Part shown: positions 50,582-61,664 of the stretch, piece by piece
Numbering within the stretch: position 1 is the first letter of the stretch
Layout: every line of letters begins with the position of its first letter
Assembly (NCBI RefSeq): GCF_006345805.1
Contig: NC_043011.1
Span: 12,028,001-12,092,000 of the forward strand
DNA from: Octopus sinensis
Lineage: Eukaryota
DNA length: 64,000 nucleotides
Direction: 5' to 3'
Notes under the pieces: model-generated
What the model was told of the DNA's origin: nothing
The model's database searches: none
Seen by the model: only the letters and a program-made list of their open reading frames with translations
Program-made: the position numbers and the translations under genes

Positions 50582-50970
50582 ACCTGTTTCAGTCATTAGA
50601 CTGTGGCCATGCTGGGGCACCACCTTAAACAATTTTAGTTGAATGACTCAACTCCAGTACTTATTTTTTTTAAAGCTTGGTTCTTATTCCATCACTCTCT
50701 TTTGCCGAACTGCTAAGTTACAGGAATGTAAACACACCAATACCAGTTGTCAAGTGTTGATGGAGGGAAAAACACAGATACACACATATAGATACACACA
50801 CACACACACACATATATGACAGGCTTCTCTCAGTTTCTGTCTGCCAAATCCACTCACAAGGCTTTGGTCGGCCCGAGGCTATAGTAGAAGTTCCTTACCC
50901 TGGGTGCTGCGCAATGGGACTGAACTTGGAGCCATGTGGTTGGGAAGCAAGCTTCTTACCACACAGCCAT
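50582..50970 (-). mobile_element. Older SINE family A copy
   Basis: Diverged reverse homology. Confidence 0.75.
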
Positions 50971-50971
50971 G

Positions 50972-52080
50972 GTTATACATGTTTTAGTAAGAATATACTA
51001 AGGGAGATGGTCAGCTTTATCATTAATAATGCATATATTGCATTTACTGGGAAGATGTTTAGACAAATTAAGGGGATTCCAATGGGTGGTAATTGTAACC
51101 CTTTATTGGCAGATTTGTATTTGTCTTCATGCTAGTTCAATTTTTTTCATGATCTTGTCAAAGGTAAAAGATGGGTCTGGTCAAACACCTCAGTGGATGC
51201 TGCAAATATATCACTGATATTATTATTCATGACTCCTGGTATTTTTAAGTTTTGCTAGGAAAAATATTTTGTGGATCTCGAAGCAACAAGAAATGGTGAC
51301 TCCATAAATGAGGTTAACTATTTAGATGTTAAAGGGATCTTTTTGGTTTGAACGGCAGTTTTTTCTAGCGATGTCATATGAAATTGTCACCCATAATTAT
51401 GACCCTAGTATCAATCTATTGCATTTCAATCTGTTTTAGGGTTAGGGTTAGGGGTGGGGGAAGGGTATCTTTTTTTCTTCACAAATGTAAATAAATCCAA
51501 TCTGTTTCTTAAACGAGGGACATATTCATATGGCACAGAATGTTGTTTACCTCAATGGATGTCAGTGATTGGTTGAAATTGCAGAAATTGAAGAAAAAAA
51601 AACAACAAATATCTTACAAACTATAGAATTTTCCCAATAAAGCCAAGAGAAAAAGATGTTTTATAAACACATTCTACCAGTATACAAAGTTTAACATTTT
51701 TTTAGTTACCGAGAAATTATGTTAAAATCTGCCGTTCAAACCGAAAAGATCCTGTTAAAGTAATTAGTGTCGATGGTAAGCTTGTGGCTAGTATTTACTA
51801 TAAAACTGATAGTTTTAATTTCCACATTGCATCATTACCTTGGGCAGTAAGTAGAATACCTCTTCAGATAGTCTATAGTGTGTTTTCCAGTCAGGTTATC
51901 AGATATCATTATAAAGTTGGAATGTTTTTTGATAGGATTAAAATGTTAAAGGTGCACATGGAAAAAAACAGTGTTACAATAGCAAAAAGGTTAGTTAAAT
52001 GTTTTAACTGATGTTTAGTGGTGAAATTTTGAGAAAATATGGAATAATCTCTGATTTGCAGCTGGTCCTAAAAATTGTTA
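50972..52080 (+). mobile_element. Penelope-like RT C-terminal remnant split by a MITE
   Basis: FRQIKGIPMGGNCNPLLADLYL; NYLDVK; YYKTDSFNFHI..SRIP..VYSVFSSQVIRY. Confidence 0.75.
51335..51752 (+). mobile_element. Merlin-like MITE copy
   Basis: TIRs; TSD TGTTAAAG. Confidence 0.92.
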
Positions 52081-53050
52081 GTTTTTACTTTAACCCCTTC
52101 GTTATTACATTTCTGACCAAAATACACCCCTCATGAGTTTCATTTAAATTCTAAAATAATCATGAATTTTGACTAGTTTCATTAAACAACTGTAACTTTT
52201 TTTACTTATCAACATATTAATGTGATGTTTGGAACATAATTGAAGAAAGGGTTCTTAATCAATCCTGTTGCATAATTTTTGTCTTAAAGTGACTCTAATT
52301 ACAGGTAAATCCAGGTAAAATGAGCAAACTGTAAAAATATTAAAATTTTGTTTAAACATTATCATAAAAAATGAATCATCAGCTAATATTTAATTGGGTA
52401 TGCAACAAAATTTTGATATAGAAGAATTATGCACATCACTAGATTATCAGTTGAATTTAATACACAGAACAGATGTACCATAAAGGTAAAATAAACTGAA
52501 ACACTGGAATTTGTTTTTGAAGAAAACTAGAAAATTAAATACATCAACTAAATGAAATATACTCACATAAGGTTCCAATTTCAAACACTCAAAGTTCCTG
52601 ATCATCAGCTGGTAAACCGAGCCTGCTTTTCTATTGAAATATTCCTTGTTTGGGTATCTTCTGAAATATATGATGAAAGTTTGAAGAGAATGCTTAGCTT
52701 TATTCTTTTGTTTAAAAAAAAACCTTTGTGAATGACATGCAAAAACAGCTGCCTCAAGCTCCCTTTTGTTTTTGATTTCATTTCTAGTTCTTGTAGTAAT
52801 ATTATAAATGTCTTAAACTTCATATGAGTGAAATCCCTCTTATGATTTTACTTATAAAATTGTGTTGTTTGAGTAATGTTTTAAAGTAATATTTCTAAGT
52901 AATACTTTTAATTAATGCTTTTAAAAACAATGAATGTGTATGTGCATATTCATTTTGCATGTACCCATGCAAGTACATATACGTATGCACGCTCATATAC
53001 ACACATATATACACAGTTATATGTGTATGCATACACACAGACACACGCAT

Positions 53051-54541
53051 AGGGATGCTCTCAGTAAGGTGAGGGTTGGCGATGAGTACACTGAAGAATT
53101 CTGAGTATTCTGAGTAGGGGTAGGGGTCCACGGGTGCTTGTCTATGCTGATGACCCTGCTCTAATTGCTGAAGCACTATCAGAACTAGAGAAGTTTCAGG
53201 TGTAGAAGCAAGGATTAGAATCTTAGGGCCTGAGAGTCAACCTAGCAAAAACCAAAGTCTTAATAAGTAGGAAGGCAGACAAACTACAAATCCATTCAGA
53301 TAGATGGCCCTGCTTGATCTGTAGAAAAGGTGTAGGTAGAAACTCCATAAGATGTACCCAGTGTAAGCTATGGACACATAAGAGGTGCAGCAATATCAAA
53401 AGAAGGCTAACTGGGAAGATACATTTTGTGTGTGGCGAATGCTCAGGAGCAATAAACAATGAAAACATGCAGAGAACAGCTTCCGTCACATTCCAGCGGG
53501 AAAAATTAGTAGTTGATAGCTTCTGTTACCTCGGTGACCAAGTCAGTAGCTGGGGTGGATACTCTGAAAGTGTAGCTGCTAGAGTAAGGATAGCCCAGGC
53601 AAAATTCAGGGAGCTCCTACCTCTGCTGGTGACAAAGTGCCTCTCGCTCAGAGTAAAAGGTAGACTGTATGATGCATATGTGCAAACAGCTATGCTACAT
53701 GGCAGTGAAACATGGGCCGTGACTGCTGAGGGCATGTGTAAGCTTGCAAGGAATGAAACCAGTATGCTCCACTGGTTGTGTAATGTCAATGTGCATACAT
53801 GCCAGAGTGTAAACGCCCTGAAAGAAAATTTGGACTTAAGAAGCATCAGATGTGGTGTGCTGGTATGGTCATGTGGGGAGAATGGATGAGGATAGCTGTG
53901 TGAAAAAGTGCCACACCCAGGTTGAGGGAACCTGTTGAAGAGGTAGACCCAAGAAGACCTGGGATGAGATGGTGAAGCACGACCTTCAAACATTGGGCCT
54001 CACCGAGGCAATGACAAGTGACCGAGACCTTCGGAGAAGTGCTGTGCTTGAGAGGACCCAGTAAGTCAAGTGAGACCATAACCATAGCCTATGCCAGTGC
54101 TGTATAATCAGCCCATTTAAGAGTAGCCTTCAATCATTGGACAATGAACTATGCTTGTGAAGACCTGTTGAGGCAAGTGAAATCGCTGTCATGGCCAATG
54201 ACAGTACTGCCTGATTGGCACCTGTGCCAGTGGAACGTTAAAAGTACCATTCGAGGGTGATCGTTGCTGGGGCCGCTGACTGGCTCCTGTGCAGGTGGCA
54301 CGTAAAAAGCACCATTTGAGCATGGCCATTGCCAGTACCACCTGACTGGCCCTCATGCCAGTGGAACGTAAAAGCACCCACTACACTCTTGGAGTGGTTG
54401 GCGTTAGGAAGGGCATCCAGCTGTAGAAACTTTGCCAGATCAGATTGGAGACTGGTGCAGCCTTCTGGCTTGCCAGACCTCAGTCAAACCGTCCAACCCA
54501 TGCCAGCATGGAAAACAGATGTTAAACGATGATGATGATGA
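53051..54541 (+). mobile_element. RTE-clade LINE, 5' truncated, with 3' UTR and (GAT)n tail
   Basis: YADD, GLRVNLAKTK, PHD-like finger, AMLHGSETW, GRPKKTW; source family of the many 3' fragments. Confidence 0.9.
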
Positions 54542-55136
54542 TATATATATATTGTGTAAAAGGAGGCATTCAAAATTTTGTATGATTTTTTTTATTAGTG
54601 CTTTTGTTCATTTTTCAAACTTATCAAGACAACATCAAAATCAAAATGGTAAAAACATTGTTTCGTTGTTCATCTATATGAATCGGATGCTTTTTTGCTT
54701 TATTTATAAGAGGAGAAAGTGAAGCAACTTGGCAGGAGTGGGGTGAATAGACAGAGAGAAAAAGGTTTCAGGGCAATCAAGAAAGAGGAGAGAAAATAAT
54801 AAAAGATGGGGGAAAGGATAGATAGATAGATAGATAGATAGAGACAGACAGAAAGGTTTCTTTTCAATTTGATGTGATCTATTCATTGAAATTTCATTAC
54901 AAAGCATTTTTCTTTTTTAATTCTCCTTTTTTCTTTCCATTGTATACATATCAACATTTGGAAATAGGATGGAAACAATATGAAGAAAAGATGGGAGGGT
55001 GCTGTCATCACTGAAAAATAAAAAAGAGTTGAAAGTCCTATGAAAATGTATATTCCTTTACACTTGTATAGTCAAGTCCCATATTCTTTGTAATTTCATG
55101 TTTTGCATGAACAAATATAAAATATTAGTACAATAT

Positions 55137-55241
55137 GTATTGCTTCGGCAATACATATACTAAAATTGGTAAGATACAGAGAAGATTAGCATGGCCCCTG
55201 TTCAAGGATGACATGCAAATTTGTGAAGCATTCCATATTTT
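55137..55241 (+). pseudogene. U6: U6 snRNA retrocopy
   Basis: Full-length U6 sequence incl. GCTTCGGC loop, ACAGAGAAGATTAGC and CCATATTTT; substitutions concentrated at CpG sites. Confidence 0.92.
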
Positions 55242-55293
55242 CCAACGGCGGTGCATCAGCATGGCTGCAGCTCTGAGCTGAAACGAAAAAAAA
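55242..55293 (+). mobile_element. LINE/SINE-type 3' tail fused to U6
   Basis: CCAACGGCGGTGCATCAGCATGGCTGCAGCTCTGAGCTGAAACG+A8 matches the LINE tail at 14309-14354 (minus). Confidence 0.8.
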
Positions 55294-55630
55294 CAAAATT
55301 CACAAACTAGAAAAGCACTCGAAGAGTGCAGACATCTGCCAAACCAGCAGGAGTAGCACTACGACGACAACCACCACCACTACCACCATATCACAATCAC
55401 CACCACAACTATCCTACCACTATCACCACCACTACCGCAACCACCAATATCATCAGCAGCATTGTCATTGCGTCCGCTTCAACCACATACACCACCATCA
55501 ACGTTATCATGACGGTTACCTTGACAGTCACTTTCACCACCACAACCAGTATAACCACTGCAATACCACCATCACACAACCAACACTATCATCAACACCA
55601 CTATTTTATGTCAGCTCTAACACACTTTTG

Positions 55631-56044
55631 GGATCTTTTCGGTTTGAACAGCAGTTTTTAACATAATTTCTAGGTAATTAAAAAATTTTAAACTTCGTAT
55701 ACTGGTAGAATGTGTTTATAAAACATCTTTTTCTCTTGGCTTTATTGAGAAAATTCTATAGTTTGTAAGATATTTGTTGTTTTTTTTTCTTCAATTTCTG
55801 CAATTTCAACCAATCAGTGACATCTATTGAGGTAAAAAAAACATTCTGTGCCATATGAATATGTTCCTCGTAAAAGAAACAGATTGGGTTTATTTACATT
55901 TGTGAAGAAAAAAGGATACCCTTCCCCCCACCCCTAATCCTAAAACAGATTGAAATGGAATACATCGATACGAGGGTCATAATTATGGGTGACAATTTCA
56001 TATGACACTGCTAGAAAAAACTGCCGTTCAAACCGAAAAGATCC
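55631..56044 (-). mobile_element. Merlin-like MITE copy without TSD
   Basis: TIRs intact; flanks CACTTTTG vs GGTTGCTG differ. Confidence 0.88.
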
Positions 56045-56296
56045 GGTTGCTGTAAGTAAAGTGAGAGTCAACAACAATTTCAATGTTGAATTTAGTGTGA
56101 AGAGAGTTCATCATGATTCAGTTCACATCTCCCTCTGATTCATTATTGTCTTACAAACTGTCATGGAGGGGTTTAACTCTTTTGTTACCAGTGTGGGTGG
56201 GTGTACATCTGTGTGGATGGGAGGGCATGTGTGGGTGTACATCTGTGTGGATGGGAGGGCATGTGTGGGTATAGGTAGGTATATATATAGGGTGGC

Positions 56297-56533
56297 CAAC
56301 CACTCTGTGAGTGTAGTCGGTGCTTTTTACGCGCCGGGCGAAATGCTTAGCGGTATTTCGTCTGTCGTTACGTTCTGAGTTCAAATTCCGCTGAGGTCGA
56401 CTTTGCCTTTCATCCTCGTGGGGTCGAAAAATAAAGTACCAGTTTCCCACTGGATCGATGTAATTGACTTAATCCCTCTGTCTGTCCTTGTTTGTCCCCT
56501 CTATGTTTAGCCCCTTGTGGGTAGTAAAGAAAT
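56297..56533 (+). mobile_element. 5'-truncated SINE B with a captured antisense RTE 3' UTR piece
   Basis: 16-bp TSD ATATATATAGGGTGGC brackets both parts. Confidence 0.8.
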
Positions 56534-56643
56534 ATATATATAGGGTGGCACTACAATGACAACAGGATACACAGTCCATAAATTATAAACAATTCCAGTA
56601 TGCAATCATACACATCCATGCACACACATACACACTTGAAAAT

Positions 56644-56681
<38 letters not shown>

Positions 56682-57120
56682 GAACACAACCACACACATC
56701 CTTGCGCACATGTACACACACACACAGAGGAACACATGCACACTTATACACAGATGGTTACCTATTATAAAATCAATGGGCTACCCCCTCACACAATCAT
56801 ATGTGAAAAAGTACACACACACACACACATACACATATAAGAATGCACAAATGCAAACATACATGTACTTACCTATTCAAAAAATAACCAACTACACACA
56901 CATAATGCACATACCAGAATGCACACACACACCAGAATGCACTCATACAAGTAAACACTCACACCTCTATATATACAGATATGTATGTACATACATATGC
57001 ATAAACACACACACACTAGTTCTCAGACGAACTAAAGCTGACCTTGAAGACTGAGGGTATGTCATTGATGAAGTCATGAATAGCGACAAAAGGACTCTAA
57101 CAACTGATTAATTGCATGTA

Positions 57121-57556
57121 ATCATCATCATCATCATCATCGTTTAACGTCCGCTTTCCATGCTGGCATGGGTTGGACAGTTCAACTGGGGATATGGGCA
57201 GCCAGAAGGCTGCACCAGGCTCTAGTCTGATCTGACAGTGTTTCTGCGGCTGGATGCCCTTCCTAACGCCAACCACTCCGTGAGTGTAGTGGGTGCTTTT
57301 TACATGCCAGACAAGGCTGGCAAACGGCCACGATCGGATGGTACTTTTTACGTGCCATCGGCACGGAGGCCAGTCAGGGCAGCGCTGGCAACAGCCATGT
57401 TTGGATGGTGCTTTTTACATGCCACCGGCACGGAGGCCAGTCGGGGCAGCGCTGGCAACGGCCACGTTCGGATGGTGCTTTTTACGTGCCACTGGCATGG
57501 AGGCGAGGCGAGGCTGGCAAATGGCCACGATCGGATGGTTCTCTTACGTGCCACCG
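57121..57556 (-). mobile_element. RTE 3' UTR fragment with about 65-bp tandem subrepeats
   Basis: (CAT)n tail, core, about 3.5 units at 57325-57556. Confidence 0.88.
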
Positions 57557-58417
57557 GAATGTGTTTATTTTAATTTTTATTGGCATTATAAACTCTCCCT
57601 AGACACAACAAAACTTTGTTATCATGAAGCTGGTGTTAGGAACATAAATTAACACTAAGTTTTGATGGAAGAATTTAATTTAGAACTTTCGGAAACAAGA
57701 CATTTGTACTACTGATCCAGAGGCAGTCTCTGGAGGGTTAATATCAAAAAGGGTAAGACCATCTACCCATGCTTGTGCATTGGGGATCTAGTTCTTACAG
57801 ATTGAGACCTCCTACGGTCATGACTGACCATGGGATTGCACCTAGGAAGTTACCCTCCCAGGCACAAGTCTGGGCAAGGTTGTTTTATGGAAGACCAGCA
57901 GTTGCCCATGCATACCGGCCTCCCCTCTCCATGCCACCAGTGTTATCCAAGGGAAAGGCAAAGGGGCCGATACAGCTTGGCACCTGTGACGTCGCAACTC
58001 ATTTCTACAGCTGAGTGAACTGGAGCAAGTATACTTAGAGATAAAATTCTAGGCATGGAAGCAAAACCCATAATTGGGAGTCCTTAAGGTAAATTCAGCA
58101 AAGACTATGATATAAACCTCAAAGAAGCCAGTATTGTTGTTGTTGCTGTGACAGTGGTGGTGGTGGTGGTGGTGGTTATTTGAGAGAATTAGTGTAGTGG
58201 ATTAAACATCTTGCAGCATTTAAAGAACTCCCAATACATTCTGAGTTCCAATCCCACCCCAATTGACTTTATCTTTCTTCCTTCATGAATCAACAAAATA
58301 AGTACCAGGCAGGTACTAGGGGAGTGGGTTTCATTGTAATTAATTGACCCCTCCCTTAAAATGTATAGCCTTGTGTCAGACTTAGAATTCATTGTTATTA
58401 TTGCCATCATCATGATC

Positions 58418-58462
<45 letters not shown>
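58418..58462. repeat. (AAT)n microsatellite just upstream of the exon 9 acceptor
   Basis: Direct inspection. Confidence 0.95.
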
Positions 58463-58463
<1 letters not shown>

Positions 58464-58481
58464 ATTTATCTTTTCCTGCAG

Positions 58482-58572
58482 TTCGAGGTAATGAAATGGC
58501 ACAAATGGGTCATTATGCCGCTGCTATAGATCTTTTCACAGAAGCAATACGACTTGATCCAAGTGATTTTCG
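58482..58572 (+). CDS. TTC31: Exon 9: RGNEMAQMGHYAAAIDLFTEAIRLDPSDF(R), first TPR repeat
   Basis: CCTGCAG acceptor, GTGAGT donor, phase 1-2; resembles TTC31 [29 protein letters not shown]. Confidence 0.92.
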
Positions 58573-58693
58573 GTGAGTCAACTTGCTGTAATATCTCCTT
58601 TATTGTCTCAGAGTATCTTCTAAGATTTTGGAGAATTCATAAATAGAGATGTTTCTCACCCTCTGCTGTTATCTTTAGTCTTACTTTTCCATC

Positions 58694-59075
58694 GGAGGCG
58701 CAATGGCCCAGTGGTTAGGGCAGCGGACTCGCGGTCGTAGGATCGCGGTTTCGATTCCCAGATCGGGCGTTGTGAGTGTTTATTGAGCAAAAACACCTAA
58801 AGCTCCACGAGGCTCCGGCAGGGATGGTGGTGATCCCTGCTGTACTCTTTCACCACAACTTACTCTCACTCTTACTTCCTGTTTCTGTTGTACCTGTATT
58901 TCAAAGGGCCGGCCTTGTCACTCTCTGTGTCACGCTGAATATCCCCAAGAACTACGTTAAGGGTGCGTGTGTCTGTGGAGTGCTCAGCCACTTACACGTT
59001 AATTTCACGAGCTGGCTGTTCCGTTGATCGGATCAACCGGAACCCTCGTCGTCGTAACCGACGGAGTGCTTCCAT
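58694..59075 (+). mobile_element. tRNA SINE family C, full length
   Basis: A box TGGCCCAGTGG, B box GGTTTCGATTCC; flanked by TTCCAT. Confidence 0.85.
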
Positions 59076-59930
59076 TCCCACTTTCCCATCAATCATACAC
59101 ACTTAAGTTTGCTATGCTATCGTGTGCAGTCACTAGTTGAAGATTTGTGAGTATGTTTGTTGAACCCCAGGTCAGCCTTGAATCCCTAAGACCAGTAATC
59201 AAAGATACACCTGCTGTCTTCTCCATCCTTTTATCTTGGCATAATGTATCTAAGAATACACTATTATGTTTTTCCCTTCTTAATACAATAGGGTGTGATT
59301 TAATGGAGATTTGGCTGGTGTATTTATAAGTTGAGCAACTGTGTAGAGGTTCCACTGATGGCTCATCTTTTGGTGATCTATGTGTGTGTGTGTGTGTTGA
59401 AGATGGATTTATAAGTCTGCAGCTTCATTTCTGAGTAATAAATAATTAACATTATTATTCTATTTTATAATTTCCTTTTCTTGATTTTATGTTATGCTGT
59501 ATAGTGTTTACTCGGGAGAAAATTGCAACTAGTAATTTTTGGTGCTAATATACTATAAATTGATTTAATTTACCAAAGTAAACCCTTAACATTTCTCTTA
59601 ATATTTGACATTTTTGTAGCAATGCTGCTAATTAGAAATAATGGTCTTGGCATGGCTGTGTGGTTAAGAAGTTCACTTCACATCTACATGCTTTTAAGTT
59701 TGATCCCTCGGCATGGCACCTTGGGCAGCTGTCTTCACGTAGACTTTACTTAACCAGTGCTGCACGAGTGATTTTTGGTAGCCAGAAAATGTACAGAAAC
59801 TGTTGTGTTTATGTGCTTGTATGTGCATGTCTTCACAATTGATATCTCTTGGTCAGTTGTGACATTTGTTTATGTCCTGCCTAAACAATATGTCCTATAA
59901 CTTAGTATATAAAGACTAGAGGAATGAAAT

Positions 59931-60302
59931 TCATCATCATCATCATCATCATCATTGTCGTTTAACGTCCGTTCTCCATGTTAGCATGGGTTGGACGGTT
60001 CGACCGGGGATCTGGGAAGCCAGAGGGCTACACCAGGCCCAGTCTGATCTGGCAGTGTTTCTACAGCTGGATGCCCTTCCTAATGCCAACCACTCCGTGA
60101 GTGTAGTGGGTGCTTTTTACATGCCACCGGCACAGGTGCCAGGCGAGGCTGGCAAATGCCACGATCGGATTGGTGCTTTTTTCGTGCCACCGGCATGGAA
60201 GCCAGTCAAGGCGGCGCTGGCATCGGCCACGTTTGGATGGTGCTATTTACGTGCCACCGGCACGGAAGCCAGTCTAGATGGCGCTGGCATCGGCCACATT
60301 CG
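59931..60302 (-). mobile_element. RTE 3' UTR fragment with subrepeats
   Basis: Homology to 57121-57556. Confidence 0.88.
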
Positions 60303-61664
60303 GATTTTGAAAATAGTCATTCATTCAGTGACTGTCTCTATGCCAGGAACTCTCTTCAACTCATCTCCCATAAGTTGGCTGTTCAGCAAAAAACCTTCAC
60401 AGGATACTTTCCTCCTAAGTGGTGGATTATGATGGTGGTATGATCAGGATGAGCGAATCAGAACAGGCTTGACCTGATGTCTTGAAAACAAGTATCTGGA
60501 AGGGCTTCTGGCCAAAAAATACTCCTCAAGAAATTTTATCCAAACCATGAAAGCATGAAAAAAGCAGACATAAAAATGATGATGATGATGATAGTGTCAA
60601 CTACAATGATAGTAATGACCTCAATCTTATATTACTTAATCTTATCAAATCTAGTATGGAACATTCCTTGACAACTAGAATTACAAGTCATTTTTTATTA
60701 GTTTCAATTTTATTCATGAAATTCTGATCATCCTCATCGTTTTCTTGTTTTCAGTTGCATTATCTGCATTGTTAAGGATTTACCATAGTCTTGCATTGTT
60801 ATACACAATAACAATATCTGGGTTCCTATTTTCTTATGTATGGATATGTTAGATATTGAAATTGCAAGGGACGTTTTAGGGGTTGATGTTTATGCTTTTA
60901 AATTTATACTTTCCTGACAGTTTCCATTAATGAATCTTCCAACATTATCATGTACTATATAGGCTTATTACATTTGATTACCAACACTATCACACCCTTC
61001 TCTCCACATTGTCTAGAAATTTACAATTCCATATAAAACTTAGTGTAGTTTGTTTTTGGAATATGTGTTTCTGTGTTAGAAACCTCTTCAGTCTCAGGCT
61101 TGAAATCTTTTTTTTCTTCTTTTTTTTATATTACCTGACTGTATCGTCATCCTTAAATCTATTTCCTTTCTTAATAATCAGTGTGGTTTCTGAGAGCTTC
61201 TCTTCCACTTCACAAAAATTAAATCCTGCCCTTGAAAACTTTGGTGAAAGCAAAGTGTTGCTTTTAACATCAACAAAGTAATTGACTATGTCTGGCATAA
61301 GAACCTTCTTGAAAAACTTTCTACCTTAGTGCTCCACCCTGGATTGGAGGCTTCCTGTTGAATAATTCCATTGAAGTGTGAGTTAATGGTTCTCTCTTCA
61401 ACTCTCTCTTTCTCTTTGAACCTCAGTGCACCTAGGCACCTAATTATCTGTCCCACTATTATCATTTTTTTCACTTTTAACTGCACAAATTCTTCTATTG
61501 ATGACACTATTCCTTTGCTCTCAGGCCTCATCCACACACTCCTTAACAGCATACAAATCCCCCCATTAAATATAGGTTTTTGTTAAGATCCTATAATTGT
61601 ACCTTCTTTTTTTTCACAGCACAAAACATAGACACAGCAGTGTTTAACTCTTAATGTCCTGTCG

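Noticed and set aside
55326-55661. 111-aa Thr/His-rich ORF
   Set aside because: Low-complexity (ACC/CAC)n repeat running into a MITE
58694-58770. tRNA gene
   Set aside because: A/B boxes are present but it continues as a 380-bp SINE body with a second partial copy; it is a SINE head, not a tRNA
61286-61552. 88-aa minus ORF faintly like a Tx1 C-terminus
   Set aside because: Similarity too weak to call by eye
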